This document shows, one piece after another, positions 25,889-36,059 of a stretch of DNA of 64,000 nucleotides (the first letter of the stretch is position 1; the number at the start of each line of letters is the position of its first letter). A program made the translations under genes and the position numbers. A model generated the notes under the pieces. The model worked only from the letters and a program-made list of their open reading frames with translations, had not been told where the DNA came from and searched no databases. Source of the stretch: Octopus sinensis (taxonomy: Eukaryota); the NCBI RefSeq assembly GCF_006345805.1, contig NW_021832128.1:124001-188000 (forward strand), given 5' to 3'.

Positions 25889-28296
25889 TTGCAAGACAGT
25901 GTGTAGAGAGAATCGTGATGTGGTAGGAGAGAAATGTGTTCGTGTGGATGATGGTTCACTTGCGCTAAATGAGGATGCAAAGAGAGAGGTTTGGAGACGC
26001 CACTATGAAAGGTTGCTGAATAAAGAAAATGAATGAGATAAAGAGAGTCTGCCGAATGTCGACCCAACAGAGGGACCAGCTATCTGATTTGACAGTTCCT
26101 TAATAGTTAAAGCAATTAGAAGCATGAAGACAGGGAAAGCCCCAGGCCCATCAGGAATTACTGCAGAGATGCTCAAAATATCTGGTAGTATCAGCTATAG
26201 CCTAGTCACCCATATAATTAACCAGGTGATACACGAAGGAGTCATACCCAATGACTGGTGTAGCAGCATAATAGTCAACTGCTACAAAGGTAAAGGTGAC
26301 ACCCTAGATACAAATAATTACAGAGGTATCAAGCTGTTGGATCAGGTAATGAAGGTTACGGAGAGGGTCATAGCCCAACTGATTAGGGAGAAAGTCAACT
26401 TGGATGAGACGCAGTTTGGTTTCGTGCCAGGGAAAAGCACCACTGATGCCATATTTCTGATGAGATAGCTGCAGGAGAAATACCTAGCCAAAGATAAGCC
26501 TCTGTACCTGGCTTTCGTTGACATGGAGAAAGCCTTTGACAAGGTCCCCTGATCCCTTATCTGGTGGTCAATGAGGAAACTAGGGATAGATGAATGGTTA
26601 GTGAGAGCTGTGCAAGCCATGTACAGGGACACTGTAAGTAAGGTAAGGGTTGCCAACGAGTGCACTGAAGAATTCAAGGTAGAGGTTGGGGACCACCAGG
26701 GTTCAGTCCTCAGTCCCCTCCTATTTATCATAGTCCTCCAGGCAATAACGGAGGAATTCAAGACAGGATGCCCCTGGGAGCTCCTATATGCTGATGACCT
26801 TGCTCTAATTGCTGAGTCACTATCAGAACTAGAGGAGAAGTTTCAAGTGTGGAAACAAGGATTAGAATCGAAGGGCCTTAAAATCAACCTAGCTAAAACC
26901 AAAGTCCTAATAAGTATGAAGGCAGGCAAACCACAAATCCCTTCAGGTAGATGGCCCTGCTCAATCTGTAGTAGAGGCATAGGTAGAAACTCTATAAGAT
27001 GTACCCAGTGTAAGCTATGGACACATAAAAGGTGCAGTAATATCAAAGGAAGGCTAACTGGGAAGATAGTTTTTGTATGTGGCAGATGCTTGGGAGCAAT
27101 AAACACTGAAAATGCGCAGAGACCAACTTCCACCACATTCCAAGGAGAAAAACTAGTAGTTGATAGCTTCCGTTATCTAGGTGACCAAGTTAGTAGTGAA
27201 GGAGGGTGCGCTGAAAGTGTAGCTGCTAGAATAAGAATAGCCTGGGCAAAGTTCAGAGAGCTCTTACCTCTGCTGGCAACAAAGGGCCTCTCACTCAGAG
27301 TAAAAGGTAGACTGTATGACGCATGTGTATGAACAGCCATGCTACACGGCAGTGAAACATGGGCTGTGACTGCTGAGGACATGCGTAAGCGCACAAGGAA
27401 TGAAGCCAGTATGATCAGATGGATGTGTGATGTGTGATGTCAGAGAAAAGTTGGACCTAAGAAGCATTAGATGTGGTGTGCAAGAGAGATGACTGCGCTG
27501 GTATGGTCATGTGGCAAGAATGGATGAGGATACCTGCGTGAAAAAGTGCCACACCCTAGCGGTTGAGGGAAGCTGTGTAAGAGGTAGACCCAGGAAGACC
27601 TGGGATGAAGTGGTGAAGCACGACCATCGAACATTAGGCCTCACCAAGGAAATGACTAGCGACCGAGACTTTTGGAAATATGCTTTGCTCAAGAAGACCC
27701 GGCAAGCCAAATGAGACCATGACCAGTGGCTTATGCCAGGAGCGTAACCAGCCCGCTTATGCATACCTTTTCCTTCTTTGGTCACTAAACTCTGACTGGC
27801 ATCCATGCTAGCGGGGTGCAAAGAGCACCATACGAGTGTGATCGTTGACAGAGCGGCTATTCGAGTATGATCGTTACCAGCGTTTGCCTTACTGGCACTT
27901 ATGCCTGTGCTAGTAGGGTGCCAAAAGCACCATCCGAGCGTGATTGTTACCAGAGCAGCCAACTGGCTTCCGCACCCGTGGCACGTAAAAGGGCACCATT
28001 CGGGCATGATCGTTACCAACGTCGCTTTACTGGCACCTGTGCCGGTGGCATGTATAAAAAGATTCGAGCGAGGTCGTTGCCAGTGCCGCCTGACTGGACC
28101 CCATGCCGGTGGCACGTAAAAAGCACGCACTACACTCTCGGAGTGGTTGGTTTTAGGGAGGGCATCCAGCTGTAGAAACTCTGCCAGATCAAGATTGGAG
28201 CCTGTTGCAGCCATCTGGCTTGCCAGCCCTCAGTCAAAATCGTCCAACCCATGCTAGCATGGAAAGCGGACGTTAAACGATGATGATGATGATGAT
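25889..28296 (+). mobile_element. RTE LINE (RT, PHD-like insert, 3' UTR with subrepeats, (GAT)n tail), 5'-truncated
   Basis: KAPGPSGITAEML..NYRGIKLL..QFGFVPGKSTTDAIF..HQGSVLSPLLF..LYADDL. Same family as 21389-24638, opposite orientation. Confidence 0.92.
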
Positions 28297-28344
28297 ATAC
28301 AGATATGTATACATACACAATCACACACATATACACTCACGTAC

Positions 28345-28377
28345 ACACATACATACATACATACATACATACATACA

Positions 28378-28405
<28 letters not shown>
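28345..28405 (+). repeat. (CATA)n microsatellite
   Basis: Direct reading. Confidence 0.95.
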
Positions 28406-28408
<3 letters not shown>

Positions 28409-28463
28409 GTATTCACATACATATACGTATAAAAAGTCCCATATAGATATATGAATATATATA

Positions 28464-30489
28464 CTAGCAGGCGTACCCGGTGTTGCTTGGGTGCGTTAGT
28501 TCGAAAAGTCTATGAAAATAATAAAGTGATTAACACTCCCTCCCTTAAGCACCTTTCACGTTTTATGGCAAGACTAACACCTAAGTAACTCTGTAATTAC
28601 AACAAGAATCAAGTGAAAAATAAAGCAACAAAAATTATAACAGCAATAACGTAGGACTGAAATATGGCGCCTGTACGGGCTTATAAACAACATTTTTAGT
28701 TTTCCCCTGGGAGATGAAGGCATGTAAACTGTTCCTACAACTCACTCTAGAGTAGCCAGCGTACAGTTGACCGTGTGAAAAGTATGGTTCAGCTAAGTAA
28801 AGTCCAACGACAGACAGCGACTGCCCTTGGGACTTATTAATGGACATGACATAACTGAGTCTAATTGGAAACTGCTCTCTGCGGAATGTGAATGATAAGT
28901 CAGCAGCCAAAGGCACAAGGGAAATTCGCAGTATGAAGATGTCTTGACCTTTATCGCAGACGGTCATAATCATTGCTTCAATGACATTGGGAAATAATTT
29001 TATGATAACAAGGCGTGTACCGTTGCACAACCTCGATGGATTTAAATTCCTTATCAACATAACAGGGCTACCTAGTTTAAGAGTAAGAATATGTGGAGGT
29101 ACACCTGAAGGCTCCAAGGAATTCAAAAATTCAGTGGGATAATCAACTACCTCGTCCTGATTGTGAATGGTGTCTAGTGACTGTCACGTCCCCAGGCAAA
29201 CGCAGTAAGAGGCTGTTGTTGATTGCCCTGACCACAATGTTTTAGGAGCCAAAATGGCTCTTTGGCAAAGCTAATCTAAATCTCCATTGTGGACTTCTAG
29301 GCCTGTGAAGACCTGGTGTTGAAGACTCTGGATAGTATTGGCTATTGTGCAAACGTTACTTATGTCAACATCTTCATTTCCGTCTTCTGGAACTTCACCA
29401 TTACCAAAAAGGAGAATGTCCCTTGCAAAATTTTCTGACAATGGGTCCTCATGGAGGCACGCTCTCATATTGGATTCTAACTTTAAAGTAACAAAATGAC
29501 CCCATACAGGTGAAGACTTAAGACACGCTATTACTTCATCCGCCCTTGTGCCTTTTGGAATCACTGGCAAGTTTTGTCAAAAGTCCCCAGATAGCAAGAC
29601 AGTAACACTCCCACCATTGGTTCGTGGCTTTCCTTTATGTCTCACAAAGTTCTATCTAATGCCTCAAGGGCACCCTTGTGAACCATTGTGCATTCATCCC
29701 AAATGATAGGGCGGCATTGTGCAAGCAATTGCCCGTTGTCCAACGTCTTTGAAATGTTGTAAACAGGCGTTGGTGAACTTGCAAGGTTAAGGGGAAGCTT
29801 AAACGTAGAGTGTGCAGTCCTACCACCAGGGAGCAGAGTAGCAGCTATGCCTGAAGTTGCCGCAGCTATTGCAATGCACTTTTGTCGCCTTACTTTTGCA
29901 AGGATGAGTCTAGTTATGAATGCTTTGCCTGTCCCACCTTTACGACCCTGGACTTGCTGAACGATAGTGTCGTAGGCGTCCTTCTGGTCAGGTAGCAGGA
30001 GTGTCTCATTGATCTGTACATATGCAGATAGTTCAGTAATGTCTTAAGATGTTTCCCGAACAATTTCAGAAGGGAGATCATTTGAGGTAGGCTTTGCAGT
30101 GGGGGGGGGGGGGAGAGCCCGTAAGTGGTCATTATGTCATCGCCTAAAGCTAAAGTCTTGTTTTCAATCTCAATCAGCGCTAGGTTAGGGTTAAGGTTAG
30201 GATTAGGGATAGGGTTAGGGTAACTCAATTTCATTTTTACCAAATAATTTACGAAGGAGGAAATGGGTTATTTCCCTTGGAAGCTTTAAAATAATTACGC
30301 CCGCCGTTCAATCGCACCCAAATGTTTACCCAAACATTTTTTCGAAATTGATTTATACTTAAAACCTCCCCAGACACATACGCAATGTGTTTGTGAAGTT
30401 TAAAAAAAATCTGTCGAGCCATTTTGGTGCAAAATGAGGACATACCGATACACACACACGCACATTTTCAGTTTTAATACATTATATAT

Positions 30490-30490
<1 letters not shown>
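28464..30490 (-). mobile_element. Internally deleted Helitron (PIF1 helicase portion, intact 3' end)
   Basis: 3' CTAG at 28464-28467 with upstream hairpin CCCAAGCAACACCGGG. LKLGSPVMLIRNLNP.RLCNGTRL..QFPIRLSYVMSINKSQGQSL..HGQLY and SGIAATLLPGGRTAHSTFKL. The 5' region joins via CCCTAA-like repeats and its TC end is buried in (TA)n. Confidence 0.88.
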
Positions 30491-30575
<85 letters not shown>

Positions 30576-31066
30576 TATATATATATCTATATATACAGAT
30601 ATATATATCATCATCATCGAGAACGGACGTTAAACGATGATGATGATATATATATCTGTATATATAGATATATATGTAAAATTAATATGTGACAATTATT
30701 CGGTAGTCATGATAAAACTCCAAGTTCCGGATGTTGGGGCGGAAACCCATGCCCCCATTTCTTCAGTTATCTGGCCATCGACAAAATGCTATGAAAATGA
30801 CTGTTTAAACAAAAGGAAATTATTGTGTGATTGACCGTTATTAAGACAAAAGAGCTATTGGAATGACCACTAAGTAAGGGAAGGGAGTAAAAATGTTCAT
30901 AGTATTCGTGTAAGCGTGCATGTCCATACCTACACATGTGCCTACACAGGCGCCTATAAGTATATACTCATTCACCCTCACTTGAAACACACACATGCTC
31001 ACCCACACATTCACCAAAAATATATACATACCCGCATACACGCTCGCACACACATACGCGTGCACA

Positions 31067-31365
31067 AAAAAGGTTCATACACAGGTCTATATACGCCCAT
31101 GCACAAGAAAAATCAGGGATAAAGGCAAAATACAGAAAACAGTGTAAAGAAGTATAAAAAAATAAGCAATAAGAGTAAAACATCTATATACGCACACACA
31201 TGTCTACATATGCGCATACCCGTATATATATATGAACACACACGAAAAAGGTTCATACATACGTCTATATATGCACATGCACAAGAAAAAACAGGGCTAA
31301 AGGCAACATACAGAAAAAAGTGTAAAGAAGTATAATAAAATAAGCAATAAGAGTAGTATACTCAC
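31067..31365 (+). repeat. Diverged ~180-bp tandem duplication
   Basis: AAAAAGGTTCATACA..GCACAAGAAAAA..TAAAGGCAA.ATACAGAAAA..AAGCAATAAGAG at ~31067 and ~31246. Confidence 0.7.
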
Positions 31366-31515
31366 ATGCACACTCTATATACGCACATACCCCCACAAAA
31401 GATTCCATATATACGTCTATACATGCACATAAATGTAGGGTGGAAGATGCAGAGGCGGTTCTAAATGATACTATGATTGAAGTGGAGTTAGAAACTAACA
31501 GACATGAACATAACA

Positions 31516-31618
31516 TCTATATATATAAAAGGCAGTTTGTCTGTCTGTGTGTCTGTCAGGTTGTACCCTCACCCTGACCGCGGCTTTCAACCGATTCTGA
31601 TGAAACTTGACACACATC
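31516..31618 (+). mobile_element. 5' fragment of the Helitron family seen at 58910 and 52448
   Basis: TCTATATATATAAAAGGCAGTTTGTCTG..GGCTTTCAACCGATTCTGATGAAACTTGACACACA. Confidence 0.8.
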
Positions 31619-32163
31619 TCAATATGGCTAACCACAAAGGGTGGGTGTTACTGTAGCTTTTAGCCCCAGGAGATCATCGTCTCCAGCTGGCTTTAGGCAC
31701 ACTATCTGCGCCCTTATGTTATTTGCAAAGGGAGGTCGTCCCTTTCTTGTAAGCCTAAGTGATACGCACGGACCGCAGTTTCGAGGTAGTTGCCTCTTGT
31801 CAACGGGCGGTAATCACCAGTTTACGATGAAAAGGAAGACCTTGTATGCAAATACTCAAGTGTTTTTCTTGTAACTTCCGTCACTGATTTCGAAAAACTG
31901 TCTGCAAACAATAATAAATCTCTGAACGAGATGTAAACAGTAACCGCTCGACTATGTAAAGTATAATAGCCATCTCAATATGGCTAACCACAAAGGGTGG
32001 GTGTTACTGTAGCTTTTAGCCCCAGGAGATCATTGTCTCCAGAAAGGGATGACCTCCCTTTGCAAATACCATAAGGGCACAGATAGTGTGCCTAAAGCCA
32101 GCTGGAGACGATGATCTCCTGGGGCTAAAAGCTACAGTAACACCCACCCTTTGTGGTTAGCCA
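31615..32163 (-). mobile_element. Retrozyme-like insertion: 356-nt unit with 72-bp terminal redundancy and a 123-bp inverted segment
   Basis: 31615-31686 equals 31971-32042 (1 mismatch). 32041-32163 is the reverse complement of 31625-31747 (3 mismatches). One hammerhead per unit. Confidence 0.7.
31765..31809 (-). ncRNA. Type I hammerhead ribozyme, U3-A8 core variant
   Basis: Minus strand: CGCCCG-TTGACAA-GAGG-CAACTA-CCTC-GAAA-C-TGCG-GTC-CGTGCG. Distal stem I extension GTGAT/ATCAC. Predicted cleavage after C31771. Confidence 0.8.
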
Positions 32164-33956
32164 ATGTGTAGCTTTACAAATTTATTTTGTAATTTTGGTT
32201 TGCAATTATTTATAGTTAAATGTTTCCTTTCAAAGTTTTTACTTTCAAACAATTTATTCATGCACATTTTGGACCTAACAACCTGTATGAGAAAATCGTT
32301 TTGACTGAAAGAATTTTGAAAGGGTTTTATTTTTAGACTGGGGTCAAACGGTCTTCAACCATATTTTAAATCTTTAGCAACACCAATTACAAAGAACTTG
32401 GGAGTGGTACTGAAAGATGGAGAGAAGTATTTGACAGACAGAAAGAGAGAGTTACACATTTTAACTGGGTGGGAGCTGTCTTCAATAATTCAAGTAATGC
32501 TATATATTCAAAATTAACCATGCATGCTGGTTTTGTTGTTGTTACTGTTGTTATTGTCACTTACTTTTTTTTGTATTTTGACACTACTTTCCTTCAAAAG
32601 TTAGTGGTCATAAACTCCCTAGGGAATTTTATGTCAGCTTCATCACTTTTATTTATTATTATTTTTTTCCTTTGTTTTGAGACGAGATCGAACTTAAGAA
32701 TTTTATACCGATAAATTTTAGACGCTTTTTTCTGAAACTGGTAAGATTATGTAGGAGGTGCAAATTTTGATCTTCCACCCACTGAGAATTCTAGGGGGTG
32801 CAGGTGCACCCACTGTACCCCCTGTTCCCGGACCCTTGAAAACAGGCCTAACGGATGTGTTTAAATGAATTAGCCAATTGGAAATAGATCAAGAATTTAC
32901 GTGACCGCTCCCTAAACCCTAATATATTTTAAATATTTAATATGCATAGGTTAAATAGCCAATAATTTAAATGACTGCTTCCTAACCCCCAATATAATTT
33001 TAAATATCTTTATATATTTAATATGCATACTTTAACGCAAACCTTGGACTAAATTAAACTTGGACATGGAGTTACTACTATGTTTTTTAAAATTAAATTT
33101 ATTTGATTATGTGGATGTATTAATTTTAATATCCAATAACAAGAATGTAAACATTGTGAAATCTAATATGCATAGAACGGGAACTTATATTTTGTGGAAC
33201 TAACCTTGCCTGGACTTGTAATTCGGACTGAATGTTTTGGATGCTAGAATTTAACTTGTTCGTGTTAAGTAGATGCGTTAAGTATTATTTAGATTATGTT
33301 TGTATAATATATTCATACGCAAATATCTTGTTTGTGTATATGTGTATATATATATATATGTGTATGTGTGAATATTTATACTTTGTACCTTGTTTCATGA
33401 ATTTTTGTTACGTTGTTTAGTATTATCGTTAAAACAACAATACTGTTGGTATTGTTAAAAGTGGTAGTATATTACGTTAGAATGCATTTACTGGACTGAA
33501 GCATGATAATCCAATGTAATGTGATATATTGTTCAATGTTGTTATTTATGTATTTTGCACATGTGATTACTATGTACGATTTGCCTATGTATGTATATTT
33601 GTATATTTTATATGTGTTTATGTATATATATATATAAAACATTACGTTATATAGTTAGGGTTCAGTAAAATAATTTACTTTACCACACACCAAACTTTTA
33701 GAAATAGCAGCCAAATAATTTTAGCTATTTCCTCTACTATTGTCTCCCAGCCAATGTATACTCAAAAATAATTCACGCAGGTATAGAGGGAAAAATAACG
33801 AAAGATCACACGTACATCGATTACTTGATATATATATATATATATATATATATGTATTTTGAATATTTGTCTTATTATTTATTTTCTTGTTGTTATTGGA
33901 TAGTAAGTGAAGCATGTTTTCTATATATTAATATTGTACTTTTCTTGTTATGTATA

Positions 33957-34088
33957 TCCTCTGACGAGGCCTTTGGTTATTTAAACATATAAATATAATT
34001 TTTAATGCCTAGGACTATATTACAATGGCATCTATAGGCAATTTAAGTTGAATTGACTTTTGACCATAGGTTGAAACAGCTGTAAGGA
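33957..34088 (+). ncRNA. Type I hammerhead ribozyme motif with long loop II
   Basis: TCCT-CTGACGA-GGCCTTTGGTTA-(~81 nt)-TGACCATAGGTT-GAAA-C-AGCT-GTA-AGGA. Predicted cleavage after A34084. Confidence 0.7.
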
Positions 34089-34269
34089 GCAGTTTATTTG
34101 TATTATTTTAATTTTTATTATTATATTACATATTGATGTTTATTGTTTTGTTCGATTTTGATGTTCCCATTTGTATAATTAATAAATAATGTGAAATTGT
34201 AATATCCGTAAGTTGATGATCGAAATGAATTTTCTTATTTGTATTATGAATTTACGGTAAAAGCATTTT

Positions 34270-35316
34270 TTGGCTTTATTGAGAAAATTCTATAGTTTGT
34301 AAGATATTTGTTGTTGTTTTTCTGCAATTTCAATCAATCAGTGACGTCTATTGAGTTAAAAAGCATTCTGTGCCGTATGAATCTGTCCCTCGTTTAAGAA
34401 ACAGATTGGGTTTATTTACATTTGTAAAGAAAAAAAGATACCCTTCCCCCACCCCTAACCCAAACTAACCCTAAAACAGATCGAAATGCAATAGATCGAT
34501 ACTAGGGTTATAATTATGGGTGACAATTTCATATGACACCACTAGAAAAAGCGGCCGTTTTTTCTTCACAAATGTAAATAAACCCAATCTGTTTCTTAAA
34601 CGAGGGACATATTTAGGCAATCTTTCGTCTCTAGTAGACCTTTCCGTCGATTTCCGTAAAAATTTTTTTGTTTTTTACATATGGGCTTGCGGGAACTTTT
34701 GAAGTAATGAGAGCGAAAGAGACTAAGAGAAAGCGATTGTATGACGAGGGAAATTCTTTTGAAGTTACCGTGCATGGGAGCATTGATGTACATGTGTGTG
34801 TGTGTGTGTGTGTGTGTTTGATGGGGTGTGGGAGACAGACAGTATGTTGTGTAAGTGAAGTGTGTGTGAAGAGACAGAGTAATGTGTGAAAGAAAGAGTT
34901 ATGTATATGTATGTATATTACTTCAAAAGTTCCCGCAAGCCCATATGTAAAAAAAAATTTTTTTTACGGAAATCGACGGAAAGGTCTACTCGAGACGAAA
35001 GATCGCCCATATTTATACGGCCCAGAATGTTTTCACCTCAATAGACGGTCATTGATTGGTTGAAATTGCCGAAATGCAAGAAATTAAAGACCAAATATCT
35101 TACAAACTATAGAATTTTCTCAATAAAGCCAAGAGAAAAAGATGTTTTATAAACACATTCTACCAGTATACGAAGTTTAAAATTATTTAGTTACCTAGAA
35201 ATTTATGTTAAAAACTGCCGTTCAAACCGAAAAGATCCAGGATTTGTATTTTAATGTGGTTTTGCATTATTCATATATCATGTACATACGTGTTATAAAG
35301 TATATTTATTATCCGA
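34270..35316. mobile_element. Second copy of the foldback family (see 1121-2052), interrupted by a MITE
   Basis: 34270-34545 matches 1325-1630. 35015-35316 is the reverse complement of ~1140-1440, which gives the identical spurious peptide MLKTAVQTEKIQDLYFNVV. Confidence 0.8.
34615..35008. mobile_element. 394-bp MITE with ~95-bp TIRs and a 6-bp TSD ATATTT
   Basis: Ends AGGCAATCTTTCGTCTCTAGTAGACC../..GGTCTACTCGAGACGAAAGATCGCCC. ATATTT at 34609-34614 and 35009-35014. Removal restores the host repeat. Confidence 0.85.
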
Positions 35317-35556
35317 TATCATCGGAATCTACACCATATGAAACGAATTTGTTGATATTTTCATTTAAAAAATCCATTTTTCTGAAAGATATGAGGAAAT
35401 AAAATCATTGGAGGAGTGAAGCTGGCCACTTGAGTAGGTGTGACATAAGTCCCAAATCAAACATTGAAATCGATTTACCAACTCTTTCTTTATAAGCTGA
35501 TTGCCTTGACATTAATACACATAAATGTATGACGTATTACACATAATTATTTCAAT

Positions 35557-35623
35557 ATGGCTATTCTTCCCTGTGCAGTGTTTTCATCTCCTGATATTTC
35601 GGATTCTATAGATCTTATCAGGC
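35557..35623 (+). CDS. AAGAB: Coding exon 1 of alpha/gamma-adaptin-binding protein p34
   Basis: ATG..MAILPCAVFSSPDISDSIDLIR + C|GTAAGT. Resembles the human AAGAB N-terminus (MAAGVPCALVTS). The phase-1 donor joins the 49201 exon in frame (C+AA = Gln). Confidence 0.78.
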
Positions 35624-36059
35624 GTAAGTAATAACTGATTAAGATCGTAAAATATATTAAGTACGGATAAATTTCTGTAATAAGTCATTATTTACTGTCG
35701 CTTTGTTTGCACGCTATTTTTTCTTAAATAATTATGATAGCATATTTAGACGTGTTTACTTATAATGTACGTATACGTACCATGTGTACATACGAAAGTA
35801 TACGTTGAAGAGTTGCGGTGTATGTTTGCCTCTAGATTGAAATGTATCTGTCAAATTTGATGGCAAAACATTTCACTGAAGACAATGTTTTACTTATTAA
35901 TTATTTGGTGCGGAAAAAGGGTGGCGATGGAAGGTGCAGTATATCTTTTCGACAGGCATTTTCGCTGCGAGATTGTATTTTTAATTTCCTGTTAAAGAGT
36001 GAACATGTATTTATCTTTGAAATGATCTTAACGTAATGCCTATTCTTTGACAAGCATAA

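Noticed and set aside
24402-25926. YIYIYI-rich ORFs (also near 18527, 19724-20174, 30434 and 58841)
   Set aside because: Translations of (TA)n microsatellites.
35585-35630. Hammerhead-like string on the minus strand (CTGATAA..GAAATATC)
   Set aside because: No stem I pairing, and the core has G8>A without compensation. The sequence is explained as AAGAB coding exon 1.
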